This document shows positions 1-9,197 of a stretch of 32,000 nucleotides of DNA, one piece after another. Made by a program: the position numbers and the translations under genes. Positions within the stretch are counted from its first letter, which is position 1. Each line of letters begins with the position of its first letter. Source of the stretch: Buchnera aphidicola (Neophyllaphis podocarpi). GTDB lineage: Bacteria; Pseudomonadota; Gammaproteobacteria; Enterobacterales; Enterobacteriaceae. The notes under the pieces were generated by a model. That model was not told where the DNA came from. It saw nothing but the letters and a program-made list of their open reading frames with translations, and made no database searches. The stretch is taken from positions 270,001-302,000 of the forward strand of contig NZ_OZ060386.1 of NCBI RefSeq assembly GCF_964059055.1, written 5' to 3'.

Positions 1-26
1 AATTATAAAAATAAAACAGTATATAT

Positions 27-239
27 TTAAAATATCTTTTTAAGAATAGCAAATAAATATGTGATTAAAAAGCCTATTATAAATCCTATTACAAATGTTA
101 AGATGATTAATTTAGATAAATTATATTTTATTTTATAAAACACTAAATTTAAAGTAATAATCTGATTATTGTATGCAAATATAACACTACATATTACAAT
201 AATAAATAAAATAAATAAAATTACTAATAAATTTTTCAT
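27..239 (-). CDS. lapA: LapA (YciS) inner-membrane protein homologue, short form (70 aa)
   Basis: 70-aa ORF with two hydrophobic helices. By-eye ungapped alignment to the first ~65 aa of E. coli LapA: MKNLLVILFILFIIVICSVIFAYNNQIITLNLVF..LSKLIILTFVIGFIIGFLITYLF vs MKYLLIFLLVLAIFVISVTLGAQNDQQVTFNYLL..ISTLLAVLFAAGFAIGWLICGLF. AAGGA lies 4-5 nt upstream of the ATG at 239. It is divergent from ribA, as in the E. coli ribA / pgpB-lapA-lapB locus. Confidence 0.75.
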   Translation of the reverse strand: MKNLLVILFILFIIVICSVIFAYNNQIITLNLVFYKIKYNLSKLIILTFVIGFIIGFLITYLFAILKKIF

Positions 240-396
240 AAGATCCTTATTTTTAACTGTTTATTAAACTAACAATTTACTTTATATTAAAACTGTTACT
301 TAAATAACAAATATTGAAATAATATTCAACTAAAAATTAATTTTTTTGAAAATATTATATTATAATAAAAATTATTTTATTTTTACAAAAAAATTT

Positions 397-984
397 ATGC
401 AAATCAAAAAAATATCAGAAGCAATACTGCCTACTATTTGGGGTGATTTTACCATGATTGGTTTTGAGGAAAAATCAAATGGAAAAAATCATATTGCTCT
501 TATCTATGGTGATTTTATTAATAATACATCTATATTAACTCGTATACATTCAGAATGTTTAACAGGAGATGCATTATTTAGTTTAAGATGTGACTGCGGA
601 TTTCAATTAAAAACATCATTAGAAATGATATCTAGTATAGGTACAGGTATATTAATTTATCATCGTCAGGAAGGCAGGAATATTGGTTTAATTAATAAAA
701 TTAAAGCTTATAATTTACAAGATAAAGGTTTAGATACTGTTGAAGCAAATCATAAATTAGGATTTAAGACAGACGAGAGAGATTTTACAATTTGTTCTGA
801 CATATTAGAAATATTAAATGTGAAAAAAGTTAGATTATTAACTAATAATCCAAAAAAATTAAATTCGCTTAAAAAATCAGGAATAAATATAATAGAAAGA
901 GTTCCTTTGATAGTAGGAAGAAATAATAAAAACTCTAAGTATTTAGATACCAAAGAAAATAAAATGGGTCATATATTATCATAG
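397..984 (+). CDS. ribA: GTP cyclohydrolase II (riboflavin biosynthesis)
   Basis: The track ORF 346..984 opens at a TTG. Similarity to E. coli RibA starts at ATG 397 ([18 protein letters not shown] vs MQLKRVAEAKLPTPWGDF), giving 195 aa versus 196 in E. coli. The zinc/active-site block [21 protein letters not shown] and [11 protein letters not shown] are conserved. Confidence 0.96.
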   Translation: MQIKKISEAILPTIWGDFTMIGFEEKSNGKNHIALIYGDFINNTSILTRIHSECLTGDALFSLRCDCGFQLKTSLEMISSIGTGILIYHRQEGRNIGLINKIKAYNLQDKGLDTVEANHKLGFKTDERDFTICSDILEILNVKKVRLLTNNPKKLNSLKKSGINIIERVPLIVGRNNKNSKYLDTKENKMGHILS

Positions 985-1100
985 AAAATAATTTATAAAT
1001 ATTAAAATTTAATTTATAATTTTAATATTTATATTAATAGAAATTATTTGTAATTTTGTTTTTGCTTTTATAAAATAATTATTATTTATTTTTTAAAATC

Positions 1101-1301
1101 TTAAAAACTTATTTTTTGAAAGTTGTTTTCTATTAAGTTATGATTATTATATGATTTAGTATTATATTTATAAAATATAAAAAATATTATAGTAATAAAC
1201 ACAAACGTATAAAATAAACTTAGTAATAATTTTTTTATAACTAATAATATTTTTTTGAAAATATAAAATATAAATAAAAAAAAATTATAAAAAATAAACA
1301 T
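1101..1301 (-). CDS. Hypothetical small hydrophobic protein (66 aa); may be a chance ORF
   Basis: ORF-track entry. It has two hydrophobic segments (MFIFYNFFLFIFYIF, LLLSLFYTFVFITIIFFIFY). The minus strand reads AAGGAATAAATA-ATG, an SD-like AAGGA 7 nt upstream like those of confirmed genes here. I recognise no homologue, and T-rich sequence readily produces Phe/Ile/Leu ORFs by chance. Confidence 0.2.
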   Translation of the reverse strand: MFIFYNFFLFIFYIFKKILLVIKKLLLSLFYTFVFITIIFFIFYKYNTKSYNNHNLIENNFQKISF

Positions 1302-1663
1302 TATTTATTCCTTGTTTTTGTATAAATTAAATTAACTTGAATTATAATTAATTAAATATTATCTTATAATATTTTATATTAAATATTATTTTTAATAAAA
1401 ATTTTTATATATAAAACTCCTATATGCTAATGTTAAAACATATAGGAATAATATAAAAATAAAATATTTTAATAAATACACATTAATATTTTTATATAAG
1501 ACATAAATTTTTAAATTTATTTAAATATTATATTTATTTAACCTTTAATTAATTATATATTTTAAATATTAATTTAATTTTTAGTTATATTTATTAAATA
1601 TATATTTTATATAAATATGTTTTTTATATAAATACAAATATTATGTTAGTATAGAAACGTTAG

Positions 1664-3121
1664 TTACAATAAAGGACTAAAAAAATAAAATATTTTTTCT
1701 ATTATTTTTTTCCAAATAGAACGCGTATTCCATAGTTTTTTATTTATTAAAATAGAATTATTTATATATTCTTTTTGTATACAGTATAGATTTTTACTAA
1801 ATAGTTTATCGTCAATAATTAAAGTAATTTCAAAATTTAACCAAATACTTCTCATATCTAAATTTACAGTTCCTATTACACTTAATTGATTATCTACTAA
1901 AATACTTTTAGTATGTAATAATCCTTTTTTAAACTGATAAATTTTCACACCTGATTCAAGTAATTCTGTAAAAAAAGCTTTGCTAGCCCAATGAACTAAT
2001 AAAGAATCATTGTTTTTTGGAATGATAATAGTAACTTTTACTCCTCTATGAGAAGCAGTGCATATTGCATGTAATAAATCATCACTAGGAACTAAGTAAG
2101 GAGTTGTTATAATTAATCTTTTTTTTGCTGAATAAAAAACTGTCAATAGAACTTGATGTATCATATTTTCAGGAAAACCCAATCCTGATGCTATTACCTG
2201 AATAACATTTTTATTTTTAAAATTATTTTTTTTATAATTTACATTAAATATTGGTAAAATTCTTTTACCTGTTTCTATTTCCCAGTCAAATGAATATACT
2301 ATACCTATGGTAGCAGCTATAGGTCCTTCCATCCTTGCCATTATATCAACCCATTGACCTATACCTAATGATTGTTTGAAAAATAAAGGATCAATCAAGT
2401 TCATACTACCGGTATAAGCTATATAATTATCTATTAATATTATTTTTCTATGTTGTCTTAAATCAACGCGACGTAGAAAAATTCTAAATAAATTTACTTT
2501 CATAGCTTCAACTATTTGAATGCCAGAATTTCTCATTATTTTTACCCAAGGACTTTTGAAAAATTCTATACTACCAGCTGAATCTAATATAATTCTACAT
2601 AATATTCCTCTTTTAGATGATTTAATTAAAGCCATAGCTACTTCATCTACTATACCTCCTGGTTTCCAAATATAAAACACCATTTCTATATTATATTTTG
2701 CTAGATTAATATCTTGTATTATTATTTTTATGATTTTTTTAGTACTGGTTAATAATTCTAATTTATTACATTTTATACCAGATAAACATTGTCTATTTTT
2801 GCATAATTTGAATACTGAACTTGCTACATCACTATTTTTTATATTAAAGAATGATTTATTTATTTTTAAGCTATTAAACCAATTAGTAGTTTGAGGCAAA
2901 ATTATACTTGCTATTTTATCTTTTTTCTTATCTGAATATAATTCACCAAAAAATACCCATGTTATTATACCAAATAAAGGTAAAAAATAAATAATTAAAA
3001 TCCAAGATAAAGAGTAAGGAATAGTTCTACGTTTATTTAATATTTTTATTATAATAAAAGTTATAAATATCCAATATCCTAAAAATATTACCCAATTGAT
3101 TATTTTGTATAAAATAGACAT
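1664..3121 (-). CDS. clsA: Cardiolipin synthase A
   Basis: 485 aa, colinear with E. coli ClsA (486 aa) from the N-terminal TM helices (ILGYWIF) to the C-terminal FYFFSPLL. Both HKD motifs are present (LRQHRKIILIDN and LLHTKSILVDN). Confidence 0.96.
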   Translation of the reverse strand: MSILYKIINWVIFLGYWIFITFIIIKILNKRRTIPYSLSWILIIYFLPLFGIITWVFFGELYSDKKKDKIASIILPQTTNWFNSLKINKSFFNIKNSDVASSVFKLCKNRQCLSGIKCNKLELLTSTKKIIKIIIQDINLAKYNIEMVFYIWKPGGIVDEVAMALIKSSKRGILCRIILDSAGSIEFFKSPWVKIMRNSGIQIVEAMKVNLFRIFLRRVDLRQHRKIILIDNYIAYTGSMNLIDPLFFKQSLGIGQWVDIMARMEGPIAATIGIVYSFDWEIETGKRILPIFNVNYKKNNFKNKNVIQVIASGLGFPENMIHQVLLTVFYSAKKRLIITTPYLVPSDDLLHAICTASHRGVKVTIIIPKNNDSLLVHWASKAFFTELLESGVKIYQFKKGLLHTKSILVDNQLSVIGTVNLDMRSIWLNFEITLIIDDKLFSKNLYCIQKEYINNSILINKKLWNTRSIWKKIIEKIFYFFSPLL

Positions 3122-3231
3122 TAAATAATATTCCTATATTATTTTTTAGAATACTAAGATAATATTTAATTTTAATAATTATATTTCTAGAAATTAATCT
3201 ATATATGAAATAAAAATATAAGTATATATAT

Positions 3232-3642
3232 TTATATAATACTCATAGGTAGTAAGTTTCTTTTATTTCCATATCTATCTATAGCAACATATACAACTTG
3301 TGCTTTAGTAGCACAATAATATTTTCCAAATGGTTTTGAGCATAATTTTTTTATCCAAATTTGAATATTAATAGTAATAGAAGTATTACCTATCTTTATA
3401 CATCTCCCATAACAATCTAATAAATCTCCAGATAATATAGGTTCTATAAATGTTACATTTTTCATACAAACAGTAGTAACTTTTCCTCCAGAAATTTCTT
3501 TAGCTAATATGGCTCCGCCTATGTCTATTTGTGATATAATCCATCCTCCAAATATATTTCCATTAGCATTAATATTCTTAGGCATTGTAAGATTTCTTAA
3601 TACTATATGATCTGTAGGTATTCTATATTTTATTTTTATCAT
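3232..3642 (-). CDS. yciA: Acyl-CoA thioesterase YciA (hotdog fold)
   Basis: 136 aa. LRNLTMPKNINANGNIFGGWIISQIDIGGAILAKEI matches E. coli YciA LRTLAMPADTNANGDIFGGWLMSQMDIGGAILAKEI. AAGGA lies 7 nt upstream of the ATG. It follows cls as in E. coli. Confidence 0.93.
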   Translation of the reverse strand: MIKIKYRIPTDHIVLRNLTMPKNINANGNIFGGWIISQIDIGGAILAKEISGGKVTTVCMKNVTFIEPILSGDLLDCYGRCIKIGNTSITINIQIWIKKLCSKPFGKYYCATKAQVVYVAIDRYGNKRNLLPMSII

Positions 3643-3675
3643 TTTTATTTCCTTATTTTTATAATAATTTAAATA

Positions 3676-4161
3676 CTAATCACTTATTTCATGAAATTTT
3701 GGGTTTTTTTGATATATAAACAATTATATTGAGATACATACTGATATATAAGAATATATTTATTGAAATGAGATATATAATTTATTTAAATTTTTTAAAA
3801 CTATTGATAGCAATCAGACATATTTATTTCATAAAACTTTTTAAATATTATATTTTTATGATTTTTAAATTTATTTAAAAATGTTTAAAATTTAAGTAAT
3901 TAAATTAATAAGTAAAAATTAAATTTAAAATAATAAATAGAAAATTTTTTAATAATCTGAAAAAGTATTATTAAACAAATAATATTAGTATTTATATGTA
4001 ATTAAAAATAATTTTATAAATTAATATAAATATATTTTTTGTTAATTATAATGATTTAATTTTTAATAATAAAAATGTAAAATTAAGATTTATATAATAT
4101 AGTTATAAACTAAATTGTTATTAGTATAGACAAAAAGTAGAATATAACATATTTGTTTATT
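3676..4161 (-). pseudogene. Possible heavily eroded yciB remnant upstream of yciA (tentative)
   Basis: Minus-strand fragments sit where yciB lies in E. coli. Near 4158 the sequence reads NKQICYILLFVY (cf. MKQFLDFLPLVVF). Near 3800-3680 it reads ICLIAINSFKKFK* and ...IVYISKKPK / FIYQKNPKFHEISD* (cf. ILCGLANIY..NFKVFG...IYIYRHMPQEDKS*). There are many stops and frameshifts. The A/T-rich composition makes chance matches likely. Confidence 0.25.
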
Positions 4162-4232
4162 ATTTTTATTAATAGAATATAAAATTTATAAAATATTATT
4201 TTTAATTCAGATTAAAAATAAAAAAATAGATT

Positions 4233-4316
4233 ATAAATAATCTGTTGATTATTTATATTTTTATATATAAAAATATAAATAATCTGTTGATTATTTATAT
4301 TTTTATATATAAAAAT
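4233..4316. repeat. Perfect tandem direct repeat, 2 x 42 bp, each unit containing a palindrome
   Basis: 4233-4274 and 4275-4316 are identical: ATAAATAATCTGTTGATTATTTATATTTTTATATATAAAAAT. Each unit holds the dyad ATAAATAATC-TGTT-GATTATTTAT. Because of the duplication, the second dyad extends to perfect 28-nt arms (4257-4284 / 4289-4316) around the loop TGTT (4285-4288). Confidence 0.95.
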
Positions 4317-4570
4317 TTAATTTTTTTTGTTTTTATTTAAACATTCTTTTTAAGAAATAGACGTATAACTATAAATAATTATTCAATATCAAATTTATTC
4401 TTGTATTAATAAAATTGATATTTTACGTTTATTTATATAAAAATTATTATAAACATTTAAATAAATATCTTAAAACAATTGATTAAAAAAATTTTGTTAA
4501 TTTTGCATTAATAATTATTAATTGATAGAATAATTTATATCTTATATATTACTTTATATAAATATATACT

Positions 4571-5410
4571 TTAATTTTTTAACATTTTATTTTTGCTAAA
4601 AATAGTAGCATTTTTAAAGTATGATGTAGTTTCTTCTATTTTTTTTATTAAATTTCTTTTATTATTATAATTTTCTTCTATAATTTTTGCAAAAATAGAA
4701 CCGCAGATAACACCAGAAATACCCTGACTCAACGATAAATTTATTTGTGATATTTTTGATATTCCAAAACCTTGTAATATAGGTAATTTGTTACAATATT
4801 TTTTTAAATTTAAAATAGTATTTTTTAAAATTTTTTTATTTATCTCTTTATCTATACCTGTAACTCCAAGGCGAGATATTAAATAAATGTATCCTTTTTT
4901 ACAATATTTAGATAACTTTATTATAAATTCTTTTTTAGCATTAGGAGGGCAAATAAAAATTTGTGAAACATTATTTATAATAGATTTATCATAGAATTCA
5001 CTGATTTCTTCTATAGGAACGTCTGCTATTAACACAGAATCAATACCAATATACGAACATTTAGAATAAAAATTATTGATTCCTGCATTAAATATAATAT
5101 TTGCATATACTAATAATCCTATTGGTATATTTGGATAGATGTTTCTTATATTAGATATTAGTTTAAAACATTTATGTATATTAAATTCGGATTTAAAAGC
5201 ACGTAAATTAGCATTTTGAATCGCTACTCCATCAGCTATAGGATCAGAAAATGGTATTCCTAACTCTAATGCATCAGCTCCAGATTTAATTAAAGAAATA
5301 ATAATTTTCAACGAAGTTTCATAAGAAGGATCACCTATTATCAAAAAAGGTACAAAACATCCTTCTTTTTTATAATTTAATTTTTTAAATAATTTTTTAT
5401 AACGATCCAT
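4571..5410 (-). CDS. trpA: Tryptophan synthase alpha subunit
   Basis: 279 aa. MDRYKKLFKKLNYKKEGCFVPFLIIGDP...GADALELGIPFSDPIADG aligns with E. coli TrpA [28 protein letters not shown]...GADALELGIPFSDPLADG. AGGA lies upstream, 18 nt after the trpB stop. Confidence 0.97.
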   Translation of the reverse strand: MDRYKKLFKKLNYKKEGCFVPFLIIGDPSYETSLKIIISLIKSGADALELGIPFSDPIADGVAIQNANLRAFKSEFNIHKCFKLISNIRNIYPNIPIGLLVYANIIFNAGINNFYSKCSYIGIDSVLIADVPIEEISEFYDKSIINNVSQIFICPPNAKKEFIIKLSKYCKKGYIYLISRLGVTGIDKEINKKILKNTILNLKKYCNKLPILQGFGISKISQINLSLSQGISGVICGSIFAKIIEENYNNKRNLIKKIEETTSYFKNATIFSKNKMLKN

Positions 5411-5428
5411 TTTATTAATTCCTATTTT

Positions 5429-6604
5429 TTATTTTTTATTTTCATAAATAGTTGAAATATCTTTATCTCCTCTACCCGATAAGTTTACTACTATTAATTG
5501 TTTTTTATTAGGATTATTTTTAATCAAGTTAATAGCATATGCTATAGCATGAGATGATTCCAATGCAGGAATTATTCCTTCTTTTTTAGCTAATATTTTA
5601 AAAGCATCAATAGCTTCTAAGTCATTTATTGAATAGTATTTTGCTCTTTTAATAGATTTTAACCATGCATGTTTAGGTCCTACAGATGGAAAATCTAGTC
5701 CGGCTGATATAGACCATGATTTTTTAATTTGACCTTCATCATCTTGCATTATTAATGATTTCATACCAAAAAAAATACCTAATTTTCCATATTGTAATGG
5801 AGATCCATGTTTTTCTGTATTAATACCTTTACCGGCAGGTTCTACCCCTATTAATTCTACTTCTTTATCATTTATAAAATCAGAAAATATACCTATTGCA
5901 TTTGATCCTCCTCCTATACAAGCTATGATTTTATCAGGTAATTTTCCTTCTAAAGTCAGAATTTGTTTTTTTGTTTCTTTTCCTATAATTTTTTGAAACT
6001 CTTCTACTATAGTAGGATATGGATGAGGACCTGCAGCTGTACCTAGCATATAATGAGAATTTTGATAACTTTCAGACCAATCTCTTAATGCTTCATTACA
6101 AGCATCTTTCAATGTTTTAGAACCTGTCTTTACAGAAATAACTTTAGCTCCCATTAATTCCATTCTAAAAACATTAATTGACTGTCTTTTAATATCTTTT
6201 TCTCCCATGTAAATTCTACATTTTAATCCTAATAAAGAGCTAGCTATAGCTGTTGCTACTCCATGTTGTCCTGCGCCAGTTTCAGCTATTATTTCTTTTT
6301 TATTCATTCTTATAGCTAATAAAGCTTGTCCTAATACTTGATTTGTTTTGTGAGCTCCTCCATGCAATAAATCTTCTCTTTTTAAATAAAGTTTTGTTTT
6401 AGTATTATTAGTTAAATTACGACATAAAGTAAGAGGAGTTGGTCTTCCTGCGTAGTTTTTTAATAATTTTTTGAATTCTAAAATAAATTTATAATCTTGT
6501 ATAGCTTCAACAAAACATTTTTCTAGTTGATATAAAGCTGGAACTAGAATTTGAGGAACATACATTCCGCCAAATTTACCAAAATAAGGATTGAGTAAAT
6601 TCAT
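5429..6604 (-). CDS. trpB: Tryptophan synthase beta subunit
   Basis: 391 aa. [24 protein letters not shown] matches E. coli TrpB. The PLP-lysine block [19 protein letters not shown] is conserved. Confidence 0.98.
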   Translation of the reverse strand: MNLLNPYFGKFGGMYVPQILVPALYQLEKCFVEAIQDYKFILEFKKLLKNYAGRPTPLTLCRNLTNNTKTKLYLKREDLLHGGAHKTNQVLGQALLAIRMNKKEIIAETGAGQHGVATAIASSLLGLKCRIYMGEKDIKRQSINVFRMELMGAKVISVKTGSKTLKDACNEALRDWSESYQNSHYMLGTAAGPHPYPTIVEEFQKIIGKETKKQILTLEGKLPDKIIACIGGGSNAIGIFSDFINDKEVELIGVEPAGKGINTEKHGSPLQYGKLGIFFGMKSLIMQDDEGQIKKSWSISAGLDFPSVGPKHAWLKSIKRAKYYSINDLEAIDAFKILAKKEGIIPALESSHAIAYAINLIKNNPNKKQLIVVNLSGRGDKDISTIYENKK

Positions 6605-6641
6605 TATATTAATAATCCGTAATATTAAATGATAATTTTAA

Positions 6642-8009
6642 TTAAAAATAATATCTTAAAGAATCAAAAACGTCTTTTACTTTTTTATGATCTTTTTTAC
6701 CAATGGTAGATTCTACACCTGAATTAAAATCTAATCCCAAAAAACCTAATTTTGATGCTTTAACACAATTATTAATATTTAAACCTCCTGCAAGAATTAT
6801 TTTTTTTGTTTTAATATCTTTTAATAAAGACCAGTCAAAACTCTTTCCGCTTCCTCCTTTAATATTATCAAATATATTTAAATCAATATGTTTTAAATTG
6901 AACATTGGAATTACATTTTTTATACCAATTGCTTTCCATAAATATACTTTTTTTGATATATTTTTTCTTAATTTAAAAATATATTCTTGATTTTCATTTC
7001 CATGTAATTGTATTGCATATAAATTTAATTTCTCAGATAAATATTTTATAAGATTTATATCTTGATTATAAAATACACCAACGTATTTTAAATTATTATA
7101 TTCTGTTATTAGTAAAGCTTCTTTAACTTTTATTTTACGAATAGAATTTTCTGCAAATATTAATCCTCCATAAATAGCACCATAATTATAACACATAGTT
7201 GCATCTTCTTTATATTTTAAACCACAAACTTTGTTTTCTCCCATAATTAATTTACGTATAGCTGTATATAAATTATCTTGATGCATTAAATGAGAACCAA
7301 TTAAAAAACCATGTACCATAGAACTAAGCTCTCTTACTTGAGAATATTTATTTATACCTGATTCGCTGATAATAATAACATTTTTATCTTTAATTAATTT
7401 AGATAATTTTCTTGTTCTATCTAAATCTATAGATAGATCATGTAAATTTCTATTATTAATACCAATAATATTAGACTTAAGTTTAATAGCTCTTTTTAGT
7501 TCTTTTTGGTTACTGATTTCAGTAAGTACTTCAATATTTAAATTATAAGCAATTTTACGTAAAAATAAATATTGATTATCATTTAATATAGATAACATCA
7601 ATAAAATAGCATCTGCTTTAAAATAACTTGCTAAGTATATTTGATATTCATCAATAATAAAGTCTTTACATAATATAGGTTTTGTTGTTAATGAACTTAC
7701 TTTCTGTAAATAACTAAAATGTCCTTTAAAATATTCTGTATCTGTTACTACAGAAATAACAGATGCATATTTTTCATATGTTTTTGCTATTCTAATTATA
7801 TCAAAATTTTTTCTTAATAACCCTTTAGATGGAGAATGTTTTTTAATTTCTAATATAAAAGAAGGTTTATCTTTTATTAACGCTTTTTTGAATTTTCTTT
7901 TTGAATAAAGTATTTTATTTTTAAAATTATCTAATGGCATTTTTATTTTTTGTTTTTTAATCCAATCTAATTTATTAAAAATAATGTTTTCTAATATTGT
8001 TTTTTGCAT
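6642..8009 (-). CDS. trpC: Bifunctional indole-3-glycerol-phosphate synthase / phosphoribosylanthranilate isomerase, TrpC(F)
   Basis: The track ORF runs to 8060 and overlaps trpD, but similarity to E. coli TrpC starts at ATG 8009 (MQKTILENIIFNK vs MMQTVLAKIVADK). That gives 455 aa versus 453 in E. coli. Both domains are colinear (IKKHSPSKG, PILCKDFIIDEYQIYLA, ISESGIN; then ENKVCGL, LHGNE, LAGGL). Confidence 0.96.
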   Translation of the reverse strand: MQKTILENIIFNKLDWIKKQKIKMPLDNFKNKILYSKRKFKKALIKDKPSFILEIKKHSPSKGLLRKNFDIIRIAKTYEKYASVISVVTDTEYFKGHFSYLQKVSSLTTKPILCKDFIIDEYQIYLASYFKADAILLMLSILNDNQYLFLRKIAYNLNIEVLTEISNQKELKRAIKLKSNIIGINNRNLHDLSIDLDRTRKLSKLIKDKNVIIISESGINKYSQVRELSSMVHGFLIGSHLMHQDNLYTAIRKLIMGENKVCGLKYKEDATMCYNYGAIYGGLIFAENSIRKIKVKEALLITEYNNLKYVGVFYNQDINLIKYLSEKLNLYAIQLHGNENQEYIFKLRKNISKKVYLWKAIGIKNVIPMFNLKHIDLNIFDNIKGGSGKSFDWSLLKDIKTKKIILAGGLNINNCVKASKLGFLGLDFNSGVESTIGKKDHKKVKDVFDSLRYYF

Positions 8010-8019
8010 AAAAGTTAAC

Positions 8020-9015
8020 CTATAAATAAAAAGAGTTAATAAATTGATATATTTTTCCACTTCTAATTATATCTAATATATATCTAGCATTATCTTTTAA
8101 ATTATTTTCTCCATTGATTTTTAACAATATTGAGGTATTCATAGCTATTAAATATTCATAACATTTTTTTCCTTCACCTTTGAGTATCTTTTTTGTAGTA
8201 TCAAATATTTCTTCTAAAGAGTTAATTGTTATATCTTTTTTTTTGAATGGTTTAAAACCAAAAATTTCAGGATTTAAATTATAATAAGAAATTTTTCCAT
8301 TATTTATTTCAGCAACGTTTGTATCACTAGAAATTGAAATTTCATCCATGCCATTGCCATATATTACAAAAGCTTTTTCGTATTTCATTTTTACTAAAGT
8401 TTCAGCAATTATTTTAGTTAATTTTTTATTATATACTCCAATTACAATTCTTTTAGGTTCAGCTGGATTTAATAATGGTCCTATTATATTAAATATTGTT
8501 CTAGTTTTTAAATGTTTTCTAACAGTAGATGCATATTTAAACCCTGGATGATATTTTGTTGCAGGTAAAAAACATATATTAAATTTTTTCAGCATTTTTT
8601 TTGCTGCTATAGGATCTATATTAATTTTTATACCTAACATTTGTAGTATATCAGATGATCCGCATGTACTAGATACTCCTGTATTACAATGTTTGATAAT
8701 TTTTACTCCACAATATGCAGCAATTAAAGAACTTATAGTAGAAATATTAATAGTATTTGCATTATCTCCTCCAGTACCAACAACATCTAAAAAAGGAAAA
8801 TTTGGTTTTTGAAAATGTATTTTTTTTTCTAAAAAAGCATTAACAGCTCCACATATTTCTTCTTTGGTCTCTCCTTTTATCTTCATTGCAATCAAACATC
8901 CCGCTAATTCTATGTCACTAATATCTCTTTTTATAAAATTCTTAAATAATAAATAGCTTTCTTTTATACTTAAAGATTTTTTAGTAAATATTTTTTTTAT
9001 TATTTCTTTAATCAT
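8020..9015 (-). CDS. trpD: Anthranilate phosphoribosyltransferase (stand-alone, not fused to TrpG)
   Basis: 331 aa. It aligns with the C-terminal PRT domain of E. coli TrpGD (VVGTGGDNANTINISTISS, HCNTGVSSTCGSSD, LKTRTIFNIIGPLLNPA). There is no glutamine-amidotransferase domain and no trpE or trpG upstream. Confidence 0.96.
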   Translation of the reverse strand: MIKEIIKKIFTKKSLSIKESYLLFKNFIKRDISDIELAGCLIAMKIKGETKEEICGAVNAFLEKKIHFQKPNFPFLDVVGTGGDNANTINISTISSLIAAYCGVKIIKHCNTGVSSTCGSSDILQMLGIKINIDPIAAKKMLKKFNICFLPATKYHPGFKYASTVRKHLKTRTIFNIIGPLLNPAEPKRIVIGVYNKKLTKIIAETLVKMKYEKAFVIYGNGMDEISISSDTNVAEINNGKISYYNLNPEIFGFKPFKKKDITINSLEEIFDTTKKILKGEGKKCYEYLIAMNTSILLKINGENNLKDNARYILDIIRSGKIYQFINSFYL

Positions 9016-9197
9016 ATATTTATGTCCATATTTAAAAATAAATAATTTTATTATAAAAAATATTTTTATTTGAATATGTATATTATATTTTATATTTTTG
9101 TTATATTCTAATTAAAATTTAATTACATATAATATAAAATATAATTTTATCAAATTAATATATAATTAAAACTATTCAATATAAGGATTTAGTATTG

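Noticed and set aside
346-396. N-terminal extensions suggested by the ORF track for ribA (TTG 346), trpC (ATG 8060), the transporter (TTG 9195) and bioA (TTG 21324)
   Set aside because: Homology to the E. coli proteins begins exactly at the downstream ATGs (397, 8009, 9198, 21348). Those starts restore E. coli-like lengths and, for trpC, remove a 41-nt overlap with trpD.
1418-1447. Hairpin TCCTATATG-N12-CATATAGGA in the ribA/cls convergent spacer
   Set aside because: It has only 9 bp with a 12-nt loop and no adjacent T-tract on the plus strand. It lies ~220 nt beyond the cls stop. It may be a weak cls terminator, but it is not distinguishable from chance.
9016-9194. Search for a trp leader peptide or attenuator upstream of trpD
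   Set aside because: There are no tandem Trp codons, no short leader ORF and no alternative G/C-containing hairpins. The region looks like a plain divergent promoter spacer.
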